The notes: generated by a model not told the origin, from the letters alone. 64,000 bases of DNA from Gemmatimonadota bacterium (GCA_016704275.1 JADJAK010000001.1:496985-560984); one strand, 5' to 3'; shown: positions 47,939 through 57,012, counted from the stretch's first letter. Translations and numbers: made by a program.

Positions 47939-48550
47939 ATGCGGTCCATCACCACGCTTGCCATCCTGGCCACCATGGCCGCAGCTCCCCTCGCGGCGCA
48001 GGTGCGCGGCCTGCCGGTCGTGAACAACGGCGTCCCGACCGGCATCGGGCTGGCGGCGGATGTCGGCTTTGCCAATCAGGACTTCGGCAAGGCGACGACG
48101 TTCGGCGTCTCGGCGGCGGTCGGGCTCGGTTTCGTCGGGATCGGTGGCGCCGTGTCGCGCACCGAGCCGGACAATGGGCCGTCCGGCTATTCGCAGGCGG
48201 TCTCGGCGTCGCTCAACATTCTGGGCGGTCCGCTGGTGCCGATTCGCGTCACGGTGCTGGCAGGCGTGGGGCAGTGGAAGGCCGGCTCGGAGACGGTGCG
48301 GCACATCCCGGTCTCGCTCGGCCTCTCGGCCACGATCCCGATCCCGGCGCTGTCGATCAAGCCGTGGATTGCGCCGCGCTTCGACCGGGTCAGCGTGTCG
48401 AACGGTGGCAGCGACAACCGCTTCGGCATTGCGGGGGGGATCGAGTTGGCGATGCTCAACGGGCTCTCGTTGCGGGCGTCGTACGATCGCCTCTTCGTCA
48501 GCAATCTCAAGCCGGGGATCTTCTCCATCGGCGTCGGATTCGCGCCGTGA
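47939..48550 (+). CDS. hypothetical secreted / outer-membrane beta-barrel-like protein (paralogue 2)
   Basis: Signal peptide 'MRSITTLAILATMAAAPLAAQ'. Similar length and composition to the preceding gene, with shared blocks such as 'G..FTLGVGVASG' and 'VTVLAGVGQW'. Confidence 0.65.
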   Translation: MRSITTLAILATMAAAPLAAQVRGLPVVNNGVPTGIGLAADVGFANQDFGKATTFGVSAAVGLGFVGIGGAVSRTEPDNGPSGYSQAVSASLNILGGPLVPIRVTVLAGVGQWKAGSETVRHIPVSLGLSATIPIPALSIKPWIAPRFDRVSVSNGGSDNRFGIAGGIELAMLNGLSLRASYDRLFVSNLKPGIFSIGVGFAP

Positions 48551-48563
48551 GCTGAGGCGTCCT

Positions 48564-49850
48564 TCAGCCGAGCAGCCGCACCAACATCGACGCACTTCGT
48601 TCCGCCGCGCCGCGCTCTCCCTCGAGCGCGGCGCGATTGCGTTTCCCATCGGCGGCGGTCGCGTCGGGATGGTCGAGCATCGCCTCCCAGCGCTGGAGCA
48701 GGGCGTCGATGGCGGAGTCGCGCGGCAACACGTCGATCTGCCCGGCCGCACGCAGCAACTCCACATCACGCGAACCACGGTCGGCCGGGCCGATCACGAT
48801 GGCCCGGCCCCACGCGGCGGGCTCGAGCACGGAGTGAATGCCTGACGTGCCGAAGCCGCCGCCGACGTAGGCGATGCGGCCATTGGCGTAGAGCCGCGCG
48901 AGGATGCCGACGCGATCGCCCACCACGATGGCCGGTGTGCTCCCCGGGGCGAGCTGGCCGAGCCGGACCGGGGCGGGCAGGCCGAGCCGTGCGGCATCGC
49001 CATCAATCCGGTCGAGGTGTTCCGCCGTGGGCTCGTGCGGAACCAGCACGAGGCGCGCGGCGGGATGCCGGGTGCGCAATTGCGCGAAGGCAGGCAACAG
49101 CACCGCCTCGTCGGCGGGCCAGGTACTGCCGGCGACCATGGTCTGCGCCGGGTCGGCGAGTCCGAGCAGCGGATCGTCGGGATCGACCGCGGCCACCACG
49201 GCGAGGACCGAATCGATGCGCGGGTCACCGGTCACCTCGATGCACTCGCGGCGCGCGCCGAGGGCGGCCATGCGGCCACCGTCGGCGGCGGTGATTGCCC
49301 CCACGGCATCGAGCACCTGGTAGCCACTCCGCGTCGCCTCGACGGCCGGCCACCGCAACCGACTGCTCACCGGGGACACCGTGGCGGCCACCATCGCGAC
49401 CGGAATGCGCCGCGCCGCGGCCTGGGTCGCCAGCTCGGGCCAGAGGTCGAGCTTGGTGAAGACCAGCAGCGAGGGGCGGACGGCGTCGAGGGCAGCCCGC
49501 ACGTCGCCGGCGAGGTCATAGGGGAGGTAGCTGGTGCCGTCGACCGCGAGCGAGGCCGCGAAGCGCTCCGCGGACGGTGAGAAGTGGGTGTACAGCAACT
49601 GCATGTCGGGGCGCCTCGCCCTCAGGGCCTCGAACACCGCCCTGGCCTGCAGCCCCTCGCCGACGGACGGGGCGTGGAACCAGGCGAGCGGGCGGGTGGC
49701 GTCGCGGTGGAGGCGTGCCCAGGCCGACAGCGCCGCGGGTGCCCCCCGGCGGCCTGCGTGGGCGCGCTGCTGGCGGTCATCCCGCAGGAGCATCGGGACG
49801 AGCGGGACGGCAGCGCGCACCAGGGCGCGGTAGAGCGGGGAGGTGGCCAC
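48564..49850 (-). CDS. waaA: 3-deoxy-D-manno-octulosonic acid (Kdo) transferase
   Basis: 'LAWFHAPSVGEGLQARAVFEALR', 'LLYTHFSPSAERFA', 'FTKLDLWPEL'. C-terminal GT-B half 'VGGGFGTSGIHSVLEPAAWG'. GTG start at 'VATSPLYRAL'. Confidence 0.85.
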   Translation of the reverse strand: MATSPLYRALVRAAVPLVPMLLRDDRQQRAHAGRRGAPAALSAWARLHRDATRPLAWFHAPSVGEGLQARAVFEALRARRPDMQLLYTHFSPSAERFAASLAVDGTSYLPYDLAGDVRAALDAVRPSLLVFTKLDLWPELATQAAARRIPVAMVAATVSPVSSRLRWPAVEATRSGYQVLDAVGAITAADGGRMAALGARRECIEVTGDPRIDSVLAVVAAVDPDDPLLGLADPAQTMVAGSTWPADEAVLLPAFAQLRTRHPAARLVLVPHEPTAEHLDRIDGDAARLGLPAPVRLGQLAPGSTPAIVVGDRVGILARLYANGRIAYVGGGFGTSGIHSVLEPAAWGRAIVIGPADRGSRDVELLRAAGQIDVLPRDSAIDALLQRWEAMLDHPDATAADGKRNRAALEGERGAAERSASMLVRLLG

Positions 49851-49944
49851 GTCGGAACGATGCGGGGGAAGGGAAGGCGGGGCAAGCCGTCCTGGTTGTT
49901 TCGGGATTGAAACACCCCGGATGCCCCCCAGTGTAGCTTCAATC

Positions 49945-50670
49945 ATGGCTGCCTCGCGCTACGTCACGGATAGTCGCGCCCCGCGCTACTCGCTCCTCTT
50001 CGCATTGCCACTCCTGCTGGCATATGAGGGGCTGGCCTGGTTTCTGAGTGACCCGACGGCCGGTGGCGTCCGCAACGGCGCCGACGTGATCCTCAAGGGG
50101 CTCTTCGCCGCTGCGGGTGGGGCGCGCGGCGTCCTCGCCTTCGAGGTGGGGCTGGGGCTCCTCGGCGTCTGGCTGATCGGGCGTGACTGGCGCCGCCATC
50201 CTGGGCCCCTCCGCGCGTCCTACTTCGGCGGGATGCTGCTGGAGTCCTCGGTGCTGGCGGTGCTGGTGGGGCTGATCGTGGGCCGGGCCACGAACTCGCT
50301 GCTGCACATTCTCGCGATCGGCCAGACCGGCGCGTCGATCGACCTGCCGACGCAGCTGATGATCTCCCTCGGCGCGGGGATCTACGAAGAACTCCTCTTT
50401 CGTGTGGTGCTGGTGGGGTCGCTGGCCTGGGCCGGGGCGCGCCTCTTCGGCTGGGCGCCGCGCACCGCGGGGATCGTCGCCGCGGTGGCGGGGGCCCTGC
50501 TCTTTTCGGCCTTTCACTACATCGGCGCCTACGGCGATCCGCTCGAACTGCCGTCGTTCCTGTTCCGCTTCCTCGCCGGGCTGGTCTTCAGCGGCATCTA
50601 CCTGCTCCGCGGCTTCGGCATCGCCGCGTGGACGCACGCGCTCTACGACGTCTTCGTCACCCTCGGCTGA
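49945..50670 (+). CDS. CPBP-family intramembrane glutamic endopeptidase (CAAX protease-like)
   Basis: Motif 1 'GIYEELLFRVVL', motif 2 'FSAFHYIG', motif 3 'AAWTHALYD'. Multiple TM helices. Confidence 0.85.
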   Translation: MAASRYVTDSRAPRYSLLFALPLLLAYEGLAWFLSDPTAGGVRNGADVILKGLFAAAGGARGVLAFEVGLGLLGVWLIGRDWRRHPGPLRASYFGGMLLESSVLAVLVGLIVGRATNSLLHILAIGQTGASIDLPTQLMISLGAGIYEELLFRVVLVGSLAWAGARLFGWAPRTAGIVAAVAGALLFSAFHYIGAYGDPLELPSFLFRFLAGLVFSGIYLLRGFGIAAWTHALYDVFVTLG

Positions 50671-50685
50671 CGCGCCATGCGCAGA

Positions 50686-51312
50686 CTACTTGCCGGCCTT
50701 CGCCGGCTTGGCCGTCTTCACGGTCACGACGCTGTCGAGCACATGACGGAAGGCCTCGATCGGATAGGCGCCTTCCATGATGCCCCCTTCGATGAAGAAG
50801 GTCGGCGTGCTTTTCGCACCCGCGCGGATCGCACCGGCGGCGTCGCTGCGCACGATGCGCGCGGCATCGGGGCTCGCGAGGCAGGCGTTCAGGGCGGGCC
50901 GCTGCAGGCCGAGTCCGCCGGCCAGCGAGAGGAAGAAGGCCGCGGGATCGGCGAGCTTCTCCCACTTCTCCTGTTGCGCGTAGAGGGCGTCGTGGGTCGG
51001 CCAGAACTTCCCCTGCTTCATGGCGCAGGTGGCGAAGATCGCGGCGGCCGCGGCGTTCTGGTGGATCTGCGTGAGCGGAAAGTGCACATAGACCCAGCGC
51101 ACCTTGCCGGTCTTGATGTACTCCTTCTCGATCGTCGGGAAGGTCTCGGTCGCGAAGCGCCGGCAGTACGGGCACTGCAGATCGGACATCTCGTAGACGG
51201 TCACCGGCGCCGTGGCGGACCCCTTGGCGCGGGGGGCAATCAGCGTGTCCTGCTGAGCGGCGGCGGCTGCCGGGGCGAGCAGAAGGAACAACGGGAGCAG
51301 GCGGCGCACCAT
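50686..51312 (-). CDS. DsbA-family thiol:disulfide oxidoreductase
   Basis: Signal peptide 'MVRRLLPLFLLLAPAAAAAQ'. Active site 'CPYC'. 'STPTFFIEG' cis-Pro loop region. Confidence 0.85.
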   Translation of the reverse strand: MVRRLLPLFLLLAPAAAAAQQDTLIAPRAKGSATAPVTVYEMSDLQCPYCRRFATETFPTIEKEYIKTGKVRWVYVHFPLTQIHQNAAAAAIFATCAMKQGKFWPTHDALYAQQEKWEKLADPAAFFLSLAGGLGLQRPALNACLASPDAARIVRSDAAGAIRAGAKSTPTFFIEGGIMEGAYPIEAFRHVLDSVVTVKTAKPAKAGK

Positions 51313-51354
51313 GGCAGTTCCGGTCGGGTAGGTGAAGGCCGAGTATCTTTCGGC

Positions 51355-52164
51355 ATGTGGCAGAAAGGTATCGGCGCGTTGATGGTGCTCCAACTGGGTC
51401 TCCTGAACGGGGTCGCGGCGCAGGGTGGGGTGGCAACACTCTTCCCGGCACAACCGACCGGGATGGTCACCGATGTCGCCAAGGTGCTGGACGCGGCCAG
51501 CCTGGCCCGCATTGAGTCGCGCCTCACGCTGCTGCGCCAGCAGACCGGTGCCGAGGTGGCGGTGGTCACCCTGCCGACGCTGGGGGGGCGGGAGCCGGCC
51601 GAAGTGGCGCTCGCCATCGGACGTGCCTGGGGCGTCGGGGCGAAGGCCGCGGTCGGCGATCAGACGCGCAACGCCGGCGCCGTCTTCCTGCTGGTGCCAC
51701 GGTCCGGCGACCAGCGGGGCGAGATTCGGCTCGAGGTCGGCAACGGCCTCGAAGGGATCCTCACCGACGCGCGCACGGGGCAGCTCCTCGACGCGCTGAT
51801 CCCCCAGCTCCGTGAGCAGCAGTACGGTGCGGCGCTCGATGCCGGGACCGTCGCCATCGCCGATCTGGTGGCGCGGACGATGGGCATCAGCGACACGTCG
51901 CTGGTGCAGCCCCGAGCGCCGCCGCGACGCGGCTTCCCCCGCGGCCTCCTGACGCTGCTCATCATCGTGTTGTGGCTGGTCATCAACACGCGAGGCGGCG
52001 GGCGCGGCGGCAGGTATCGCCGAGGCGGGATGGGGCCGTTCATCATCGGCGGTGGCGGCTTCGGCGGCGGTGGCTTCGGGGGTGGCGGCTTTGGTGGTGG
52101 TGGCTTTGGCGGCTTCGGTGGCGGCGGGGGTTTCAGCGGCGGCGGCGGCGGGAGGAGCTTCTGA
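51355..52164 (+). CDS. TPM-domain (YgcG-like) protein with TM helix and Gly-rich tail
   Basis: Signal peptide, 'VTDVAKVLD...IESRLTLLRQQTGAEVAVVTLPTL', 'GNGLEGILTDA', TM 'LLTLLIIVLWLVI', tail '(GGGGF)n'. Confidence 0.85.
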   Translation: MWQKGIGALMVLQLGLLNGVAAQGGVATLFPAQPTGMVTDVAKVLDAASLARIESRLTLLRQQTGAEVAVVTLPTLGGREPAEVALAIGRAWGVGAKAAVGDQTRNAGAVFLLVPRSGDQRGEIRLEVGNGLEGILTDARTGQLLDALIPQLREQQYGAALDAGTVAIADLVARTMGISDTSLVQPRAPPRRGFPRGLLTLLIIVLWLVINTRGGGRGGRYRRGGMGPFIIGGGGFGGGGFGGGGFGGGGFGGFGGGGGFSGGGGGRSF

Positions 52165-52886
52165 TGGATCGTGGCCAACTTGATGCGGATATTGCGCGCC
52201 TTGTGACGCGCCTGCAGGCGGACGATGCGCCGGCAGGCAGCGCGCTGCTCTACGGTTCGGTGGTGCGGGGCGACTGGATCGCCACGCGCTCCGACGTGAA
52301 CCTCCTCTTGGTGATGGACGATGCGTCGCCGACTGGACTGCGCCGGCTCGCCGGGGCGGTGTCGGAGTGGCATCGGGCCGGTCACACGGCGCCGTTGATC
52401 ATCGGTCGCGAGGAATGGCAGCGCTCCGTCGATGTCTTTCCGATCGAGATGACCGACATGCAGCTTGCCTACCGCGTGCTGCACGGCACCGACCCGCTCG
52501 CGGGCGTCCGCGTGGCACCGTCGGACCTGCGTCGTGCGCTGGAGTCGGAGCTGCGCGGCAAGCTGGTGCGCTTGCGCCAGGCCTATGTCCGCTTCGGCGA
52601 GTCGATGGTGACGCTGGGTGGTTTTGCCACCGCCTCCGTCGGCCAGCTGCTGGTGCTGTTTCGGTGCACCGGTGCACTGCTCGGGCGTCCCCTGAGCGCG
52701 ACGGCCGCCGAAACCATCGCTGGTCTCTCCGACGTACTCGGCGAGGATGCGGCGGTGATCACCGAGATCGCGGGGCACCGGGCCGAACCCGAGTGGCACT
52801 GCCCCCCCGCCACGTTCGCCCGGTATCTTGAGGTGGTCCACCGGGCGGTTGAGTTCATTGACCACTACCCACAGGGAGATGCTTGA
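52164..52886 (+). CDS. nucleotidyltransferase-domain protein (minimal NTase plus helical C-terminal domain)
   Basis: TGATG junction with the TPM gene. 'LLYGSVVRGDWIATRSDVNLLLVMDD' is a GS...D.D NTase motif. The C-terminal part contains 'HRAEPEWH' (R-x5-H). Confidence 0.75.
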   Translation: MDRGQLDADIARLVTRLQADDAPAGSALLYGSVVRGDWIATRSDVNLLLVMDDASPTGLRRLAGAVSEWHRAGHTAPLIIGREEWQRSVDVFPIEMTDMQLAYRVLHGTDPLAGVRVAPSDLRRALESELRGKLVRLRQAYVRFGESMVTLGGFATASVGQLLVLFRCTGALLGRPLSATAAETIAGLSDVLGEDAAVITEIAGHRAEPEWHCPPATFARYLEVVHRAVEFIDHYPQGDA

Positions 52887-53455
52887 TGCGCCGCATGCTT
52901 CGTAGTGCCTCGTTCCTCGTCGCCGTGACGGTCCTCGCCAGCGGCTGCGGGTACAACTCGCTGCAGGGGCTCGATGAGCAGGTGAACAAGGCCAAGGGAC
53001 AGATCGAGGTGCAGTTGCAGCGCCGTGCCGACCTGATCCCGAACCTGGTGGCCACCGTGAAGGGGGTCGCCGCGCAGGAGACGACGGTGTTCATCGCCGT
53101 CGCCGAGGCGCGCGCCAAGCTCTCCGGCGCGGTGCAGGGCGGCAATCTCGGCGAGATGGCCAATGCCAACCAGGCACTGACCGCGCCGCTCGGGCGCTTG
53201 ATTGCCATCTCGGAGGCGTATCCGGAACTCAAGAGCAACGCGAACTTCCTGCAGTTGCAGGATCAGCTCGAGGGGACGGAGAACCGGATCGCGGTCGCGC
53301 GGACGGACTACAACACCGCCGTGGAGCAGTTCAACACCACGACGCGGAAGTTTCCGACCAACCTGACGGCGAAGATGTTCGGCTTGGGGAAGGCGCGCGA
53401 GTACTTCGAGGTCACGACGCCGGGTGCGAAGGATGCGCCGGCGGTGAAGTTCTGA
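52883..53455 (+). CDS. lemA: LemA family protein
   Basis: Lipobox-like 'VLASGCGYNSLQ', 'QLQRRADLIPNLV', 'EAYPELKSNANFLQLQDQLEGTENRIAVAR.DYN'. Canonical LemA. 4-nt overlap with the NTase gene. Confidence 0.9.
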   Translation: MMRRMLRSASFLVAVTVLASGCGYNSLQGLDEQVNKAKGQIEVQLQRRADLIPNLVATVKGVAAQETTVFIAVAEARAKLSGAVQGGNLGEMANANQALTAPLGRLIAISEAYPELKSNANFLQLQDQLEGTENRIAVARTDYNTAVEQFNTTTRKFPTNLTAKMFGLGKAREYFEVTTPGAKDAPAVKF

Positions 53456-53459
53456 AGGG

Positions 53460-53532
53460 GTCGTAAGTCGTAGGTCGTAAGTCGTAGGTCAGTCGCCACA
53501 GGACCTACGACCTATGACATATGACTTACGAC
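53460..53532. repeat. heptad inverted-repeat element (GTCGTAR arms), ~31-bp stem with 11-nt loop
   Basis: Left arm at 53460-53490 and right arm at 53502-53532. 27 of 31 positions are complementary and 2 more are G.U-compatible. It lies between convergent lemA and metG, and the metG TAA is inside the right arm. Confidence 0.92.
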
Positions 53533-55031
53533 TTTCTCTGAAAGAGATTTTCCGGCTTCCGCACCGACGCCCCGCCCATCGCGGGGCGTTTGGCGTTTGC
53601 CCAGGCGGCGTCAGGCGTGCCGTCCTGGCCGAGTGCCGTCCAGAGGGCGGTGGCCTTCTCGGGCATGAAGGGGAACAGCATCACGGAGAGACGATAGAGA
53701 CACGACACGAGCTCGCAGAGGGCCGTGTCGAGCTCGGCGTCCTTCCCCTCCTTGGCGAGCGTCCATGGTGCGTGGACCACGATGTACCGATTGCCCTCGC
53801 TCACGAGTTCGTTGATCGCCTCGGCCGCCCCCTTGAGTCCCTGCGCCTCCATTGCCGTCTCGTAGCGCGCGAGTGCCTCGCTGCCTGCCTCTGCGAGAGT
53901 TGCTGGCTCCGCCGACGGGACGACGCCATCCCGGTACTTCTCGACCATCGCGAGCACGCGTGAGGCCAGGTTGCCGAGGCCATTGGCGAGCTCGCTCTCG
54001 TAGACGGCGTCGAACCGCTCGAACGTGAAGTCGCCGTCGTGCTCGAAGCCGACCTCGCGCAGCAGGAACCAGCGGAGCGCGTCGGCGCCGTGCCGCTCGG
54101 CCGCTTCCGCGATCGTCACCGAACTCCCCTCCGACTTGCTCACCTTGGCGCCGCCCCACTGCACGTAGCCGTGGGCCCAGATCGCCGTCGGCAGCGGCAG
54201 GTCGGCGGCCAGCAGCATCGCCGGCCAGATGATGCAGTGGAAGCGGGTGATCCCCTTGCAGACGACGTGGAGATCGGCCGGCCAGATGGCGTCCCAGCCG
54301 TCGTTCGGATAGCCCGTCGCGCTCAGGTAGTTGATGAGCGCGTCGAACCAGACGTAGACGGTCTCGTCGTCGGTGCCGGGGAACGGAATGCCCCATGGCA
54401 ACCGCGCGCGCGAGATCGAGATGTCCTGCAATCCCTCGCGCAGCGTGCTGAGGATTTCGTTGCGACGGATCTGCGGCTCGACCCGAAAGGCCTCGTTGGC
54501 CTCGACGAGCGCGAGGACGCGGTCGCGATACGCCGAGAGGCGGAAGAAGGTGTTCTTCTCCTTGGTGCGCACGAGGTCGCGCGACGGATGCTCGGGACAC
54601 CGACCGTCGACGAGTTGCCCTTCCTGCTTGAACTCCTCGCAGCCGACGCAATACAGCCCCTCGTACTCACCGACGAAGAGATCCTCCGGGTGCCGCTCGC
54701 GGATCCGTTCGAGCAGTGCCTGCACCCCGGCGGCGTGGCGCGGCTCGGTGGTACGCATCCAGTCGTCGTGGGCGCAGTGGAGGCTGAGCCAGGTCTGCTC
54801 GAAGTGCCTCGAGATGCCGTCAACCCAGGCCTGTGGAGACATCCCCGCGGCCTGCGCCGACTGAAAGACTTTCTGGCCGTGCTCGTCCATCCCCATCAGG
54901 AAACGCACCGGCTGCCCCTGCAGGCGATGCCAGCGGGCAATGGCGTCGGCGCCGATCTTCTCGAGGGCGTGGCCCAGATGCGGGTCGCCGTTGGCGTAGT
55001 CGATGGCGGTGGTGATGTACCAGGGCTTCAC
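53526..55031 (-). CDS. metG: methionine--tRNA ligase (short form)
   Basis: 'AIDYANGDPHLGHALE' (HIGH-type), 'KVSKSEGS' (KMSKS-type), Zn knuckle 'CVGCEEF...CPEH'. Confidence 0.93.
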   Translation of the reverse strand: MKPWYITTAIDYANGDPHLGHALEKIGADAIARWHRLQGQPVRFLMGMDEHGQKVFQSAQAAGMSPQAWVDGISRHFEQTWLSLHCAHDDWMRTTEPRHAAGVQALLERIRERHPEDLFVGEYEGLYCVGCEEFKQEGQLVDGRCPEHPSRDLVRTKEKNTFFRLSAYRDRVLALVEANEAFRVEPQIRRNEILSTLREGLQDISISRARLPWGIPFPGTDDETVYVWFDALINYLSATGYPNDGWDAIWPADLHVVCKGITRFHCIIWPAMLLAADLPLPTAIWAHGYVQWGGAKVSKSEGSSVTIAEAAERHGADALRWFLLREVGFEHDGDFTFERFDAVYESELANGLGNLASRVLAMVEKYRDGVVPSAEPATLAEAGSEALARYETAMEAQGLKGAAEAINELVSEGNRYIVVHAPWTLAKEGKDAELDTALCELVSCLYRLSVMLFPFMPEKATALWTALGQDGTPDAAWANAKRPAMGGASVRKPENLFQRKS

Positions 55032-56044
55032 GCCGAACTCCCGTCGGGGGGGCCGCCGCGTTGCGGGCGGCGGGGTGCGCCAGGCGGGCGGCGGGTCGGC
55101 GGTGCGGCGGCTTCGGGGGCCGGCGTCGGCGCGGTGGTTGCCGCCGGGGCCTGCTCGACCTCATCGCGCAACTCGAGCAGGCCGATCACGCGCGGGCCAT
55201 GCTCGTCACTGCGCAGGAAGACCCGCTCACGGAGGATGTCGACCGCCACCACCTTTTCTGCCCCGCGCGATGTCTGAATCAGCTTCCCTTCCTTCGGGAA
55301 GCGCTTCCGCGCGGTCAGATAGAACTCATGCTCGTACTTGAGGCAGCAAAGCAGTCGCCCGCAACCACCGGAGATCTGCGCGGGGTTGAGCGAGAGTCGC
55401 TGATCCTTTGCCAGGGCGAGATTCACCGGGCCCGGCTCGGTCAACCAGGTGCTGCAGCAGAGCTCGCGTCCGCAGCGACCGACGCCGCCGAGGCGCGCCG
55501 CCTCCTCGCGCACGCCGATCTGTCGCAGGTCAATCCGGGTCCGGAAGCTGGTGGCGAGCTCGCGGACCAGGGTCCGGAAGTCCACCCGCTTGTCGGCCGT
55601 GAAGTAGATGGTGAGCCGATTCCGGTCCCACTGCCACTCGGTGTCGGAGATCCGCATCGGGAGGTCGTGAGCGGCGGCGCGCGCGATCACGGCACGCCGT
55701 GCCTCTTCCTCGCCTCGTCGCAACTCCTCGTGCTGCAGTACGTCGGCGGGGGACGCACGCCGCACGACCGCCGCACGGACGCCCGGCGCGGCCGCCACCG
55801 GCTCCGCAGCAGCATCGCTTGGTGCGGCGATCGCATCGGGGGCCGGGGCGTCGGTGCCGCAGCTGGTGCAACCGCCGCACTTGGCCAGCGCCGCCTCTCC
55901 GACGGTGTTGACGCGGCCCAGGTCGAAGCCGCGCTCCACCGCCACCACAACCGGTTCGTTGAGCCGCAGTGGCGCGGCGTCATCGGACCAGTCAAAGAAG
56001 TCGCGGCGGTTGCCCTTGAAGCGGACTTCGACAGTTTGCGGCAT
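55028..56044 (-). CDS. PSP1 domain protein (YaaT/RicT-like)
   Basis: 'RLTIYFTADKRVDFRTLVRELA', 'CGRELCCSTWL', 'GGCGRLLCCLKYEHEFY'. 4-nt overlap with metG and 1-nt overlap with accA. Confidence 0.85.
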   Translation of the reverse strand: MPQTVEVRFKGNRRDFFDWSDDAAPLRLNEPVVVAVERGFDLGRVNTVGEAALAKCGGCTSCGTDAPAPDAIAAPSDAAAEPVAAAPGVRAAVVRRASPADVLQHEELRRGEEEARRAVIARAAAHDLPMRISDTEWQWDRNRLTIYFTADKRVDFRTLVRELATSFRTRIDLRQIGVREEAARLGGVGRCGRELCCSTWLTEPGPVNLALAKDQRLSLNPAQISGGCGRLLCCLKYEHEFYLTARKRFPKEGKLIQTSRGAEKVVAVDILRERVFLRSDEHGPRVIGLLELRDEVEQAPAATTAPTPAPEAAAPPTRRPPGAPRRPQRGGPPDGSSA

Positions 56045-57006
56045 CAGGCGTCCGCGTACGCCCCCATCGCCGCGAACTTGTCGTGGCGACGCTTGATGAG
56101 CTTGTCGGCCTTCAGCTTGCGCAGCTCGGTCATCTGGCGGATCAACGCCGCGCGCAGCGATTCACCGGCCGCGTCGGGATCGAAGTGCGCCCCGCCCACC
56201 GGCTCGGGGATGATCTCGTCGACCAGGCCAAGGCGGAGCAAGTCGTCCGACGTGAGCTTGAGCGCCTCGGCGGCGCGCTCGCGCTGCGAGGCATCCTTCC
56301 AGAGGATCGCCGCGCAGCCCTCGGGAGAGATCACCGAGTAGACGGAGTTCTCGAACATCAGGATCCGATCGGCGACGCCCAGCGCCAGCGCACCACCCGA
56401 CCCGCCCTCGCCGATGACCACCGTGATGATCGGCGTCGGCAGGATCGACATCTCGAGGATGTTGCGCGCAAGCGCCTCGGACTGGCCGCGCTCTTCCGCG
56501 CCCAGACCGGGGTAGGCCCCCGGCGTGTCGATCAGCGTGATGACCGGCGCATGGAAGCGTGCAGCGATCTGCATCAGCCGCAGCGCCTTCCGGTAGCCCT
56601 CGGGATGCGGCATCCCGAAGTTGCGCTTGATGTTCTCCTTGGTGTCGCGTCCCTTCTGGTGGCCGATCACCATCACCGACTGGCCGGCGAGCCGGGCCCA
56701 GCCGCCGACGATCGCAGGATCGTCGCGGAAGAGCCGGTCGCCGTGGAGCTCGATGAAGTCGGTGAAGATCGACGAGAGGTAGTCGAGGGTATACGGCCGC
56801 CGGGCATGCCGTGCCACCAGCACGCGCTGCATCGGCGTGAGGCCGGCATAGATCTCGGCGCGCTTCGCGTCGAGCTTCTCCTCGAGCGTCGTGAGCTCGC
56901 CGAGGACGTCGATTTCGCGCTCGCTGCCCACGCGCTTCAGCTCGTCGATCTGCTTCTCGAGCTCCGCGAGGGGCTTCTCGAATTCGAGGGTGTAGCTGGT
57001 CGCCAT
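56044..57006 (-). CDS. accA: acetyl-CoA carboxylase carboxyltransferase subunit alpha
   Basis: 'LEFEKPLAELEKQIDEL', 'ARHARRPYTLDY', 'FGMPHPEGYRKALRLM', 'TLIDTPGAYPGLGAEERGQSEA'. Confidence 0.93.
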   Translation of the reverse strand: MATSYTLEFEKPLAELEKQIDELKRVGSEREIDVLGELTTLEEKLDAKRAEIYAGLTPMQRVLVARHARRPYTLDYLSSIFTDFIELHGDRLFRDDPAIVGGWARLAGQSVMVIGHQKGRDTKENIKRNFGMPHPEGYRKALRLMQIAARFHAPVITLIDTPGAYPGLGAEERGQSEALARNILEMSILPTPIITVVIGEGGSGGALALGVADRILMFENSVYSVISPEGCAAILWKDASQRERAAEALKLTSDDLLRLGLVDEIIPEPVGGAHFDPDAAGESLRAALIRQMTELRKLKADKLIKRRHDKFAAMGAYADA

Positions 57007-57012
57007 CCTGCC

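Noticed and set aside
52030-52150. GGC/GGT-rich DNA repeat
   Set aside because: It encodes the (GGGGF)n tail of the TPM/YgcG-like protein. Low-complexity Gly tails are a common feature of this family, and this is not an independent repeat element.
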